Shown here: piece after piece, positions 15,894-33,019 of the stretch
Layout: every line of letters starts with the position of its first letter
How positions within the stretch are numbered: the stretch's first letter is position 1
From: the human T2T-CHM13v2.0 reference genome, Homo sapiens
Length of the DNA stretch: 64,000 bases
Assembly: GCF_009914755.1 (NCBI RefSeq)
Contig: NC_060932.1
Reading direction: 5' to 3' (one strand)
Notes under the pieces: model-generated
The model's database searches: none
What the model was told of the DNA's origin: nothing
What the model saw: the letters and a program-made list of their open reading frames with translations, nothing else
Made by a program: the position numbers and the translations under genes

Positions 15894-16318
15894 TAATATA
15901 GTTTAAATATTTTTCCCCTCCAAGTTTCATGTCAAAAATTGATTCCTAATACTGGAGGTGGGGCCTGGTCAGAGGTGTTTGGATCATGGAGGTGGATCCA
16001 TCATGACTGATTTGTTGTCCTCCTGATGGTAATAAGTGAGGCCTCACTCTATTTGTTCCTGAGAGATCTGGCTGTTCAAAAGAGCCTAGCACCTCCTCCT
16101 CCTCTCTCTCTTGCCTCCTCCTCTCTCATCATGTGACACATCTGCTGTGACATCACCTTCCCCCATGAGTGGAAGCAGCCTGAGGCCCTCACCAAAAGCA
16201 GATGCTGGCACCATGCTTCCTGTACAGACTACAGAATGATGAGCCAGATAAACCTGTTTTCTTTTTAAAGTACCCAACCTCAAGTATTCCTTTATAGCAA
16301 TGCAAATAAAATAATACA
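15894..16318 (+). mobile_element. MSTB-type solo LTR (ERVL-MaLR)
   Basis: 'gaggtggggcctgg...gcagatgctggcaccatgcttcctgtacag...tatagcaatgcaa...aataca'; exact TSD ttagt on both sides. Confidence 0.88.
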
Positions 16319-18695
16319 TTAGTATAGCCACTCCTGCTCTCCTTTGGTTATTATTTGTATGAAATATTTTATTCCATTCTGTCACTTTGAGCCTGTTTGT
16401 TCTTTTACATTTAAAGTCAATTTTTTTGTAGACAGTATATAATTGGATCCATTCTGCCAATCTCTCTTTTGATTGGAGAGTTTAATTGATTAATATTTAA
16501 AGTAATCTGATAAGAAGGGACTAACTTCTGGTAATTTGTGAATTATTTTCTATATGTCTTTTTTTTTTTGTCCCACTTTTTTTGTGTTCAGTTTTTTGTA
16601 GTGAAATGGTAGGTTTATCTATCATTTCTTTTTTGTGTATTCTGTATTTCTTATGTAGATTACCCTATGAATTACATTTAGCATCCTAAAGTTATTACAC
16701 TGTAATTTAAATTTACACCAGCTTACCTTCAGTAACAGAAAAACTCTACTCCTTTACAGCTCTGCTTCTCTCTTTCAATGTCACAAAATTACGTCTTTAT
16801 ACATAATATGCCCCCCAAACATAAACTAATAATTCTTTTTAATGCATTAGTCTCTTAAATCATATAGAAAACAAAAAGTGAAGTAATAAACCATAGTTAT
16901 TATAATACTAACTTTTATATTTGCCCATTACTTACCCTTATTAAGATATTTATTTCTTCATGCAGCTCCTAGTTACTGTCTAGTGCTCTTTCATTTCACC
17001 TTGCAGATTCCCTTAAATATTTCCTACAGGGTAGGTCTAGTGGTAAGAAACATTTTCAGCTTTTGCTTATCTGGAAACATTTTAATTTATCCTTTACTTT
17101 TGAAGGATGGTTTTCTCATATATGGAATCCTTGGTCAATAATTTTTTACACTGGCACTGAATACATCAACTCCCTTCTGGTCTCTGAAGTTTCTGATGAG
17201 AAATCTACTGTTAATCTTATTGTGGATAACTTGTTTGTGGTGAGGTGCCTCTCTCTTGCTGCTTTCAGAATTATCTATTTGTCTTTATCTGGTGACAATT
17301 TGACTATAACGTGTCTCAGTGTGTTTCTCTTTGAGTTCATCTTACTTGGTGTTTGTTAAGTTTCTTGGATGTGTATATTCATGTATTTCGTCAGATTTGG
17401 GAAGTTTTCAGCCATGAAACTATCAAATATCTATCTATCCCTTTTTCTCTTTTCCTTCTGGAATCCTCACAGTGCATAAGTGGGTCTGCTTAATGGTGTC
17501 CCACAGGTCATTTAGGCTTTGTTCATTTTTTTTCAGTGTTTTTCCTTTCTGATCTCAGGCTTAATAATTTTCATTGTCTTATCTTTAAGTTTGCTAGTTC
17601 TTTCGTCTGTCTTCTTCTCAAATTTACCTTTGAATTCCTCTAGAGATTCTTTTTTATTTCAACTGTTGTACTTTTCAGTTCCATATTTTTGTTTGTTTCT
17701 TTTTATGTTTTGTATCTCTTTACTGATATTTCACTAATATATTATTTTTGTGGGTTTTCCACATCTTCCTTTAGTTTACTGAGCATCTTTAAGAGATTTC
17801 TTTTAAAGACTTTTTCTAGTAAATTGGGCATTGGTCTTATGAACAGTTTCTGTTGATTTTATATTTATTTGGATGGGCCATACTTTCTTATTTTTTGAAT
17901 ACTTTGTGATTTTTTTGTTGAAAATTGGACATTTGAATCTAAGAATGTGGTAACTTTGGAAATCAGATTCTCGTCCTTTCCTAGGTTTTGGGGTGTGTGT
18001 GTGTGTGTTTAATTTTTACTCTTCTTTAATTTTAAAACTGTACTTTATATCTGTGTCAGGGTTCAGCCTGAGGTATGAACTTAATGTCTTTCTGGTCTTT
18101 TCTGAGCCTGTGCCTTTCCTTGGGCATGCACAGTTACTTTCTAATTTTCTCTATATATGCAGTGGTTTTTGAATGTCTAGTCTTTAAAAGCTGGCTCCCA
18201 ACAGAGGAAAAATGGAATAACAAAGGTCACATAAAGGCCCTTTAAGTTTCCCCAAATTCACTTCAGCCCAAAGAGCAGGACTCACAAGAAAGGCGATAGT
18301 TGCAGCAACAACAACTGCCTACTTATTTATTTGTGTCTCTGTGATCAGAAGCAACAATCAGTAATCAGAATATACATCCTCCATATTGGAGGACATGGTC
18401 TTTTTGCCCACCCTGGCTCCACAAACTGCAGGTTGCTCCAGGAACATGTGCACAGCTGCTTGCCATGAGACTAGAGGCAGGGGATGGGTAGCTGCTACTG
18501 AGTATAAGAGATGAAATTGTCTAAAAATAATCTTAATTTACTGTCCAACAATTCTGCTAGAAGTTGCAAGCCTTCAGTAAACTTCAGAGTTCCCAAATAA
18601 TTATATCAGACAGATTCTGCAAGAGCAACTGTTGTCTAGGTGGGGGGACAGATTCTTGGTGCTTCCTATTCTGTCATCTTCCCAAAGTCCCTATT

Positions 18696-18730
18696 TGTGT
18701 GTTTGTGTGTGTGTGTGTGAGTGTGTGTGT
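18696..18730. repeat. Imperfect (TG)n microsatellite
   Basis: Direct reading. Confidence 0.85.
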
Positions 18731-19294
18731 AAATAATTGAACAAAACAATATTGGTTCCTGGGATCCAACCCTAGAACTTCTATATTGATTTTTTTTTCA
18801 CTTAGGTCCCTTTCATCAGTATTATCTAAAGTCACTCTCTATGTGATTAAAATGTTTAGTCAGTATAGCAAGCCACTGGTGGAAATGTATAGTAGACTAA
18901 GTCTAGCTGTTGGGTATGATCTTACAGATTCTGCTTTTCAACAGAAAATTAGTTAAGAAGATTTTTCAGTACTGTCATACAACTGTAACAATATTTAGTA
19001 AAAATATTTATTTATAATTTGTGATTTAACAAGTTACTTATACACTTTGAAAAATGCGTTTAAACCGTGACATGGTTTCTGATCATATATTTCTTGAAAC
19101 AGACATTTCCTCATAAAAAAGATATTTATATGAGTTTTAATTGACTAAGTACTTTATTTAATTATTTTGGTTCTTACTCAAACTTTATATTTTAGCTTCA
19201 AATATTCTTTCTTGACAATATTTTGAATGTTTCCCCAATGTAGATTAGAATCACCCATCCTGTTACTTTCTGTAATCACATCCCTTTCAGCATG

Positions 19295-19560
19295 TATATG
19301 GTAGATTGCTTACAAAAATGGTGCAATATTCTGCCCTTGACTATGCTTACTTACTTTGCAACAGAAATGGCTATGGAGTGGAGGATAATTTCCCACTATC
19401 ATAACTTTGATTTTTTTTCTCGAACTTTTTAGTTTATTTAGCAAATATAATTTGTGACAAATGTGTGAGCCAGTTCCCAGCCTAAGACTCTACAACCTTG
19501 AGACCTTCTAATTGCTCTTCAGAAATTTTCTCTACCCTGTGAGAGAGCGCCTGCACACAT
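19295..19560 (+). mobile_element. Degenerate MLT1-type LTR fragment
   Basis: 'tggtagattgcttacaaaaatgg' and 'gccagttcccagcctaagac' resemble old MLT1 LTRs. Confidence 0.45.
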
Positions 19561-19669
19561 GGGCAGTGAAGAATCAGCAGCAAACAGAAAGTAAAACCTG
19601 GGATGACTTGGAAACTCCCTGAACTTTGAATGTATTCCCTGATTTATGAAAAAAAAAAAAAAAAAAAAG

Positions 19670-19744
19670 CAGAGAATAAGGTCCAAACCCTCTATAGAAA
19701 AAAGGGCCAAAGATATAAATAGATAATTTGTGAATATATGTATA

Positions 19745-19775
<31 letters not shown>

Positions 19776-21120
19776 CTTTAAGACTATGAAAATGTTCAAC
19801 TTCACTTATAATTAAGAAAATGCAGACTAAAGCTAAACCCAGATTTCATTTTTCACTTATATTGTTGAAGATTTTAAAACATAGCAACACTTTCTCTTGG
19901 TGAAGCTGTAGAGAAAAAGGCACTCATTTATTGCTAGAGGAATGCAAACTGGTAGAGACACTTTAGGGGGAAACTGTATATATTTTAAAAAGCTAAGCAC
20001 CTATCTTTTGGCAAAATAATTCGACTTCACATAGTTTATCTTGAAGGTATACCTCTAAAAATATGAAACACATATACCCAGATTATTCACTGCAGCATTG
20101 TTTGTAGTTTCAAAATAGTAAAAACAGAAAAATGCTTATGATTAAACTGTGGTATACCCATGTAATAAAGTTCTATTAACCTGAAAAAATTAGAACATAT
20201 TTACAAAGACAGACAGAGTAATTTCCCAAATATACTGTTAATTGACGACAGAAAAATGTAAAATTATCTCTGTAATATACTAGCATTCTGTAAAAAGTTA
20301 TGAGGAGGCTGAGCTCTACCCAACATTAAACATTATAAAGTCTCTGTATTTAAAACCGCAGTATTTGTGCATGAGTAGACAAATGTATCAGTGGAATGAA
20401 ATAAAAAGTCCAGAAATAAACCAACTTCACCTGAAAATTTATAAATAATAATATTATCACCTCAAACATAGAATTTTTAATAAATATCTATCTGGGATAT
20501 ATATTCTACTCACTTATACAAACAACTAAAAAGAAAACGCAAGGCAAGATATGCAGAAATGATAGAGAGTGATTCCCTACAAGAAGTGGTAGGAATATGG
20601 TAGAAAAGATAGAGAAATGGGAATTAAGTAAAATGATAAGAGATATAACACCTCTTGGAGCATACAGTTTAATACAATTTAGAACCATGTCAGTTTCACA
20701 TAGTTAAAACATAAATAAACAAAATAAAAAATGGAAGATGAAGAAGAAAAACCCCAAAGGGAATTTCAAGTGAACAATAACCACACTATAAATATGAGAT
20801 GGGAATGATGCTCTGGAAGAACTAACTTAACTAGCTGTAGGACAGAGTCCTTTGACTATATAACTGAAGACTAAATGCAAAAAAGCTTATAAATAGTCAA
20901 TGTACTCTAGTTAGTAGTTGTTTGTCACAGTAATATGGATTAGCAATTCTCATTTTGTGTGAATTCTAGGACTGAGCAATTAGATAAATGAATAGTAAGA
21001 AGCAGGTTTTTCTCTATTGGAAAAAGGGAGTTAGTAATAAGGAAATAGAGAAGGTGAAAATAAACCCTGTTTTGTTGAAGATATCAGCAGGAACTCATAA
21101 TTTTTAACCAATATACACAA
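19670..21120 (+). mobile_element. Old L1M (L1MD/ME-like) ORF2-end and 3' UTR fragments
   Basis: 'aaaaagggccaaagatataaatagataattt', 'aatgttcaacttcacttataattaagaaaatgca', 'gattattcactgcagcattgtttgta'. Confidence 0.6.
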
Positions 21121-24089
21121 ATAGAGAAATAAACATTCTTGAAGCATACTTTAAACCTTTACCCATTGTGAGTACCACAAGTGAGGATTTTACGGTTTAC
21201 ATGCACATTTACAATATTTGTGATAATGCTCTACTAGAATCTCATCATGCAGGAAAATGAACTAGTTTCATAAAAGGTGGGCAATTACTTACTCTTGAGT
21301 AAGACGATACTTACTGGATTCAAAGCATCACATGAAGCCAGGGTTTCTCAGATGTGTTCTCTAGTATTTTGCCACCCTATGTGCGATACATGGATTAGCA
21401 GCATCATTTTCATTCTGAGCAGGTTAGTTAGGTATAATAATTGGCTCTATCCCAAACCTCTTAAGTCACAATCTCCATTCTAACAAGAACTGCAGGCAGT
21501 TCTTGTGCACATTAAAGATTACGAGACATTGTTCCAGTAGCAAAGAAGATCAAAATCCACAGAAATGCTTCTTTGTAGTCTTAAAGAATATTGATCACCT
21601 TTCTTTTGACTAACCAGAAGTAATGATGAGGAAGTTGTGTGTGGGCAGCGGAGGGATTTTATATATTTAGTCATATGTACTCATTTAAAAGTGGTCTGAA
21701 TCAATCACATTTCAATAAGTCAACAGCACCTTTATAGCAGCCATGGTGATTTTCCAAAATATTAATACTGCCAAGAAACAAAACAAAAAACTTGCTTTGC
21801 TTCTTAAAAATCAACAAATACAGAGGATCACAATCCTCTCTTCTCCTGTCTACATGAACTAGCTAAATTATAAGCTCAGATTTGGAAACTATGGTAAAAT
21901 GTTTTTAAAATGTATTATATTAAAAATAATCTATCATGAGTCTTCTTTAAAAAATAAATGTTTTTATTTATATCATCATCTTCGCCTTTTGTTTTGTTTT
22001 TTTCTTTTGCTAAGAAGAAATACATGTATTTGGGCAGACAGTACAAACCAACTTAAGGATTTTTGACAGAAAATAGAGAGCTCCTGTGGTCTATTGACAT
22101 TGATGGTGAAGGTTAGGTCAGAGTGTAGCTGTTGATCACTAAACTAGAACACCATTCTTCTCATTATCTCTCTGAAGGTATGGTTCCATATTGACCAGCT
22201 GGTGATGAGCCTGAGGAGGCTTAAATTAGTTATTTCATTTGTAACCGATGCTGAAAGCCCCTGCTACAAACAGCTTTTCTTGTTGCTATCTTGTTACAGC
22301 AGTAACCAATTAGTTGAGCCTGTAGAGTTGGCTATAGCTCACTCCTTTAAATATGAATTGATGAAACAAAGTTCTTCGTCGATTTGAAGAGTCGGTATTT
22401 CAGTATAGAAATGAATAAATTTCACCACAAGAAAGGTATTATTATAAAAAGTGTTACTACTTTTTAATTCATTCACATGTTTCTGATTATTTGGTAAGAA
22501 TAATGACTGGAATGTAACTTTTAAAGAAACCAGAACGGATTTTTGCTTCCTACTCTCCTTTTCTAATCCTGTTAAAATCACTAACTGTCATTAGTTTGCT
22601 AACTCAAGATTATATAATATTTTTAATATTTTAATTTCCACTCTAAAATAGATGCCCCTGGCCTTTTGAATCTAGAATTCAGTTTGGCTTCTTTTGGATC
22701 TCCAGGTATATATTTTCCAATGTTCTCTAAATAAAAAGGAAGCATGCATCTTCAGTTCTGTCATTCAACATTCATAGACTTACATGAGCATACCGGATTA
22801 TGAGAGAGATTATTAAAGGCCTCCTGTAGATTGCTATTTGTGTTTAACCTATGTAAAATTTCATTAGAGCCTTGAATAGTGGAAAAAATAATATCAAATG
22901 AAATGTTTAAGAAAATATTCTCATGCTTAAGAAAAAGAAAGCTAGTACAGGTATACTTTATACTTCTCCCCCACTCCCTGCCAATATTTTAAACTCTAAA
23001 TTTTTCAAGTTAGTAGCAATTGTGTTGTGGCCCACATGGACTGAAATTATTATTAGGTCTTGATTCTGCATCATATCTCAGTAGTGTTGTATTTTGGGCG
23101 TGGGTATTTGTTTCCTGGGTCCACTTGAGGTAAGACAAAGTACTAGGACCCACAGTAGATGATATACACGTTTCCTGTAGGTGAAGCACTATAGGCCCCG
23201 AAATTTGTTTTATACCGGAGGATTTTTTTGTACTTATTAAACATTAAGCTTAGAGACAATTGTGCTGTTACCTAGGACTTCTTCCTCATAAGAAAAAGAA
23301 TCATGTCATAGAGACACAGATATAGATGTAGATATACAGAGAGTAGAACAAGTAAGCATTCCTAATTTCAAAGACAAAAAAAAAGAGGGCATAATTTCTT
23401 AGAATAACAGGAGCAAATGACACAGAAAACAAACAAACAAAAAAGTATTTTGATTTAATCAGTTCTTCATCTAAACCCCAGCCTCAGAGTTTGTATGCTA
23501 TGCTACTTTGGATATTACCTTTCCTTTTGATCCTCAGATTCATTGTCAGTACAATGTAGATATTATCAGATGTAATATTCAAAATTTTAACCATCAGTTT
23601 AAAACAATTTGAACAGATGGACACTGAGGACCTTAGCTTCTCAAGCCACTCCTTGACCCTGGGATGGGACAAGTGTTAATCCTTCAGTTGTTGTATCAAA
23701 AGGAGATGTATGTATCCTGGGATGGTATTGGGTGTCAGAAGCTATGGGGAAATAGACTGGGGAGAAATGTTTTGAACAATAGGTATTTGCTAACCAGTAG
23801 GAGTTTAAAAAAATATTTAAACTGGTGCATAAGAATTTAATGCCATTTCAGTCGTGATGATTACATGATAATATGTATACAAAATAGTTCATTGAGGTAG
23901 ATAAATAAATTTTGTTATTATTATTAAGAATACAAGGTCAAATACAATGAACAGCAGAGGAAAAAATGAGGAACCTTCATATTTAGTAGATAATTCCAGA
24001 ATAAATCTTTGAAATCTTATCACTTAGACCTTATAGAGTTTCTTTAATTTACTCAGATGTAAAAACAAATCAATGTTAATATTTAAAGA

Positions 24090-24310
24090 TAGTCAAGAAC
24101 CATAAAGGTTTGAGGTTTTATCCCACTTGAGAACTAATAAGATAATCTGCTATGGTTTTTGAGAGCTGGAAAGAGGACAAGAGATCCTGTGTCAAAGAAG
24201 AAAGTTATTATTTCTCATTATCCAGCAAGCAGCATGAGCATCAACATGTTTGTGAATTCCTTTTGTCCTGACGTCATATGAGGTGGCACTGATGGGCCCA
24301 GATTAAGGCA
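24090..24310. mobile_element. Old ERVL LTR fragment (LTR40/41-like, subfamily uncertain)
   Basis: 'gtcaagaaccataaaggtttgaggttttatcccacttg...cagcaagcagcatgagcatca'. Confidence 0.5.
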
Positions 24311-25248
24311 TGTATGTTTTGCCATTTGCAGATATCCTATAACATGAAGACTTTTTAGTTAGGCTTTTTTGAGTTTTGCAATGTGTGCTTAAGACATATT
24401 CATGTGTTTTCATGGCTCTATAGGTCATTACCTTTTTATCACTGATAAACTTCCAAACCATCTTCCAAAGTGGATGTACCATTTTTTATTCCCACTAGCA
24501 TTAAATGAGTTTTTGGTATTGTCAGTTTTTGCAAATTTTAGCAATTCTAATTCTTGTAGGAGTTTTCATGGAATTGTTTATTCTCTTAATGTTTATGGAA
24601 TCACTAGTGATGAATCCTCTTTCTTTTCTGATATTAATAATTTGTGTCTTCTCTCTTTTGCTGAGTCTGGCTTGAGGTTTACCAATTTTACTGATCTTTT
24701 CAAAAAAATTAGGTCTTGACTCTTGATTTTCTCTATTTTTTGTGTGTGATTTAAGTATCATTGATTTGTACTGTAACTTTTATTATTTATTTTCTGCTTG
24801 TTTAAGCTTACCTTCCTCTTCTTTCTGTAGGTTGTAAAGGTGAAAACTTAGGTTACTGATATTTAGATCTCTCTTCTCTTCTAATGTATACACTTAATAG
24901 TATAAATTCCCATCAAAGTATTGCTATTGCTGCATATCACATGTTTTGACATGTCACATTTTCTTTTTCAATTAGGCTGAAATATTTTAAAATTTGCCTT
25001 GAGACTTACTCTGTGATCCATATTATTTAGAAGTGTTTTATTTAATCTCCAAATATTCGTGGATTTTCTAGCTATGTTTCTTTACTTGATTTCTAGTTTA
25101 ATTATAATCTATAATCTGAGAACATAATTTGTATACTTTATTTTCTTTTAAACTTAAGTGTATTTTATGGGGCAGAATATGGTCTATTTTGATGAATGTT
25201 TCATATAAACTTGAGAAGATTGTGCATTCCTCCACTGTTGAATGATTC

Positions 25249-25284
25249 TGTATTAGGGTTCTTTAGAGGGACAGGACTAACAGG

Positions 25285-25334
<50 letters not shown>

Positions 25335-25720
25335 AGGGGAGTTTATTAAGTATTAACTCACATGATCACAAGGTCCCACAGTAGGCTGTCTGTAAGCTGA
25401 GGAGCAAGGAGAGCCAGTCCGAGTTTCAAAACTGTAGAACTTGGACTCCAATGTTCGAGGGCAGGAAGCATCCAGCATGGGAGAAAGATGTAGGCTGCAA
25501 GGCTAGGCCAGTCTTGTCTTTTCACATTTTTTTCTACGTGCTTTTTATATTCTGGCCATGCTGGCAGCTGATTAGATGGTGCCCACGCGGATTAAGGGTG
25601 GGTCTGCCCTTCCCAGCCCACTGACTCAAATGTTAATCTCCTTTGGCAGCACCCTCACAGACACACCCAGGATCAATACTTTGCCTCTTTCAATCCAATC
25701 AAGTTGACATTCAATATTAG
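25249..25720 (-). mobile_element. MLT2A (HERV-L) LTR
   Basis: 'tgtattagggttct..agagggacag', 'gggcaggaagcatccagcatgggagaaagatg', 'cacccaggatcaatactttgc..caatccaatcaagttgaca'. Confidence 0.88.
25285..25332. repeat. (AGAT)12 tetranucleotide STR inside the MLT2A LTR
   Basis: Direct reading, uninterrupted. Confidence 0.95.
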
Positions 25721-26590
25721 GCAACCCCATGTCAACTTGAACCCATACACATCTCCTGAGATCATACATAATCTTCAAATAAAGACAATAATAAAAGTCA
25801 TAATTACATCTAACATAATAAAACTATCCTTTGTACAACTGTAAATGCACCAATCCTCAACCCAAATACTATTACATAAAGTTAACTACTTAAATGCTTA
25901 TGTGAAGTCAATAAATCTTATGTCACATGATAAAGGAAAAAGGAAATAAAATGAGGATAATTTCGTAATACGAGTGTATACATGCACAAACATGTTTTTA
26001 ACAAAACAAGGAGAAAATACTCATGACAATTACAATCTTCATTTCTGCAGCTGATCACATGGTCATAGCTGGTGTTGAGGATTACCTTCTTCTCCTATCC
26101 ATTCTGTATCCCCTTCAGCAGGTGGTGTTCTTTTCCTGGTGGAGTGACCCAAACTTTCATTCCTGAAGGGTGTGGGCCATTTGTAGTCCTGTTTGGGTTG
26201 GGCTGTTGTAGTTTCCCATTGACCGTAGTCACAAGGCATGGTAATACTAAGAGATGCCCTAATGGATCTCCTTTATTCGATGCATACTCTTCCTTACCTA
26301 CTCCTTGTGGTGTAGTAGACTGATTTCATCTTGATAGTCCAGGTCAGCCACCCCAGCCAACAATGTTACTCCCTTCTGAGCCTGTTGACTTACAGGTAGG
26401 AGGAACCCAAAGTGTCCAGGTGGCAATCTTAACCTCCAGTTTAATTGAATCATTATTGTGTCTCCTTGTGGCAGTTTCTTCCCTCTGAAACTAAGACCTC
26501 TAGGTCAGCAGAATGTAATGTTGTGGGAATTGGAAGCAAAAATTTTGCTAGTGGAACACTAGTGGTGATGGTGAGTGGTGCCACTTCCAC
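25721..26590 (-). mobile_element. HERV-L internal 3' fragment
   Basis: Directly abuts the MLT2A LTR; 'gtcaacttgaacccatacacatctcctgagatcatac'; contains a dUTPase-like frame. Confidence 0.8.
26298..26444 (-). pseudogene. HERV-L dUTPase remnant
   Basis: Manual translation LNWRLRLPPGHFGFLLPVSQQAQKGVTLLAGVADLDYQDEISLLHHKE* includes a degenerate dUTPase motif 3 (GVIDxDYxG-like); HERV-L is known to encode dUTPase after pol. Confidence 0.75.
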
Positions 26591-28349
26591 TGATGCATTA
26601 TATAAATGCCTCTTCCACTATTTATTTGATGTGAGTTTTTGACCTGTATTGTTTTACTTCTGCCTGGAGAACTTCTTTTAACATTTTGCAAGGATAGTGT
26701 GGATAAATTTCCTTACTTTTTAATTGCCAGAAAATGTCTATTTTTTCTTCACTTTTGTAGAATGATTTTGCTAGTTATAGAATTCTAGGTTGTTTTTTGT
26801 TTATTTGTTTGTTTTTTTACAATGTAAATATTTGATTCCACTCTCATGCTTGCATGGTTTCTGGCCAGGGGGGTCACTGTAATTCTTATCTTTTTTCCTC
26901 TATAGTTTTGATGTTTTTTCCCCCTCTGGCTTCTTTCAATATTTTCTCTTTGTCTTTGGTTTTCTACTATTTAAATATGGTATGTCTAGATGTAATATTT
27001 TTTACACTTATCCTGCTAGGTGTTCTCTGAACTTCCTGGTTTTGTCCTTGTATATCTTCTATTAATTTTGTTAAGTTCTCTAGCATTATTACTTCAAATA
27101 TTTCTTCTGTTCTAATCTTGTTTCTTCTTCAGATTGCATGTACGTTACACTTTTTAAAAATTGTTCTGCAATTCTTGGATATTCTGCTCTGTTTTATTTA
27201 TTCCTTTTTTTCCTATTACATTTCAGTTTGTGAAATTACTGACCTATATTTAAGCTCCCTGATTTTCTTCATTTGTGGTCAGACTACAGATGAACTTATC
27301 AAAAGCATCTTTCATTTTTGTTATAATGTTTACATTTTAAACATTTCTTACTGATTATGCCTTTAAATTTCCTTTTCTCTATTTTCATTACCAAGCTATT
27401 CATATGTGTTGTCTATATTTTCCTTTAGAGACTTTAATATATTAATGATATTTATTTTAGTTATTTAAAACTCTGTCTGACAATTTTATCATCTGGGTCA
27501 TATGTTAGTCTTGTTATGATGTTGTTTTTTCTCCTTAGACATTTTTTGTTTGCTTATCTTTTCACCTGCTGTGAAATTTTTGTTCTAACTTGGACATTTA
27601 TATTGGATATTAGGAACCGAGTTAAGTAGGCACTTAATGTAAGAATTTATCTTACTGCAATTAGGAGTTTAACTGTGTTAATTGTTTACTATAGCCATAG
27701 GTGCCAAAGATTTTTAATTCCCCTAGTATCTTTTTGTATGTCTCCTCTTACCTTCTCCTCCTCAGAGTTTGAATTTTGCAGTTGTTTTAGCTACAATTCA
27801 CTGTTATACCAGATCCCTTTTTATGTGGTGGTCATACACGGAGAAGCGGAAGTGACCTGTAATCTTCTGAATTTCAGTCATTTAGTCATCTCATACCTCT
27901 GAGCTGTGACCTATATAAGCATTTCTCCATTGCTGTAGCCTTTTTATCCCTTTTATATTAGGCAGGAAGCAAGAAAGAGGTGGAGTTGAAGGAATGTCAT
28001 TCCTTCAGGTAATAGAAGTTTCTGGAAAAGGCCTTTTTTCTAGATGTAGGCATTCATTATGGAGAATGTTGTTGGCATATTTTGCAATGATTACTCTTCC
28101 CTTCTCTCTGCCACAATCATAAGTGGATCTCTCTTAGATGTTACAGTGATCCTCTTGTTCCCAAATGGTACGATTCCTGAGTGATAAAACCCTTAAAAAA
28201 ATGTGCCCCCCTACCACGATGGCAGCTCCAGGGAGTTCCAACTTTTATGTTAGTCTACATTCAGCTCCAGCAATCCATCAAAATTACCACTTAAGTGCTT
28301 CTAGCAGTATACATTTCCAGTGGGTGGCATCTGCACTAGGTAAGTATAT

Positions 28350-31533
<3,184 letters not shown>

Positions 31534-32413
31534 GTAAGTATATCTTGGCTGTAACTGTGAATTTCCCTGTCTCTAGATTAAGTGGCAGTTTACCCTGCAA
31601 TCTCAGTTCTCTGATGGGTGCTAGAAAACTTATCGATTTTCAGTAAGTTCAGTTTTTTGTCTTTGTAAGAACAGAGTGATAATTTCTAAGCTCTTTACAT
31701 GTCAGAATTAAAACAGAAGCAAAGCATCTTATTTTTCAATTATTAGTAAAACATTTGCCACAGTTTGCCAATTGTGATAGTATATGATATACTGATGGCT
31801 AGAGGAAGTGGGAAAATTAGTATAATCATCATCATGGTCATTATCATTATTAAAACTTTGCAAAGGAAAGAAATCATAATATGACTCTTTTCTAAATTGC
31901 CATGGAATGATGAGATGGGGAAAATAACTTAGAATAGCTCTATTTGTATCATATCCTCTTTTCTTAAATTAGAATCCTTCACCTTCTACAAGGCTGATAA
32001 AATAAATGTCAATCAGAACCTGCATAAAAACAGTTTCCCAGCTCAAGGAATTTTATAAAATAAAAAGCATATGTATATTTTCTATGAATAATGAAATATA
32101 ATTGTAACTTAAACGTATACTTTTGTAGAAAAACAGAAGTGAGAGGGACTACTGAATCTCAAGAGAGAAATGTGGGTTTGGCATGTTTGTTTTAATCATT
32201 TATGAGGAATAAGTTATTCCAGTCCAGTTTGATCCACTTTTCTTCAAAACTTGACACATATTTTTGATCTTCTCATCTTTCCTTCTCATAATCTGAATTT
32301 TTGGCTGTAATAATTTTCCCATTGTTATCATCTCTAATCACCTTTTATCAGCCTTTCTCATGTATGCCTTATTTCTTCTGCTATACTTGGTGTTCATGTA
32401 TTTATTTGAAGGC

Positions 32414-32861
32414 TGTCTTAGCCTGTTTTGTGTTGCCCTAAAAGAATACCAGAGACTGAGCAATTTATAAAGGAAAAAGGTTTATTTAGCTCATGGTTTT
32501 GCAGGCTAATAAGTCTAAGTCCATGCCCCTGGCTTCTGGCAAGGGTCTTCATACTACTTGACAACTTGGTGGAGTAGGTCAAAGGGGAAGCAGATACATG
32601 CAAAGAAGGAGATTCCTGAGAGGAGTCCCGGCTTTATTACAACCTACCGTCTCAGGAACTAACCCATTCCCGCAAGAACTAATCCAGTCTCACGATAGTG
32701 AGAAGCCACTATTTCAAGAATAGCTCCAGGACATTCATAAGGGATTTGCCCCTATAACCAAAACACTTCCCACTGGACCCCACCTCCCAACACCACCATA
32801 TGTGGAACAAATTTCAACATGAGTTTGATGGTGTAAAATAAACCATATCCTCACCATAGCA
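32414..32861 (-). mobile_element. MSTB2/MSTC-type solo LTR
   Basis: 'tgtcttagcctgttttgtgttgc..aagaataccagagactg...aaccatatcctcaccatagca'. Confidence 0.8.
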
Positions 32862-33019
32862 CTGTCCAATTTTCTTCTTAAACTTTTAAAAGAGTAGAAA
32901 CTCAGTATCTCACGTGGCATACTTTATAAACTAAGGATGGAAGACACCATTACACAAAAATTCTTTGAGAGCTCAGTAATATTCAATGTCTCAGTATTGA
33001 ATATGCAATTAAAAAAAAC

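Noticed and set aside
19530-19668. Segment ending in A20, considered as a retrocopy or 5.8S rRNA fragment
   Set aside because: No TSD or AATAAA, and only trivial similarity to 5.8S; it sits between LTR and L1 remnants.
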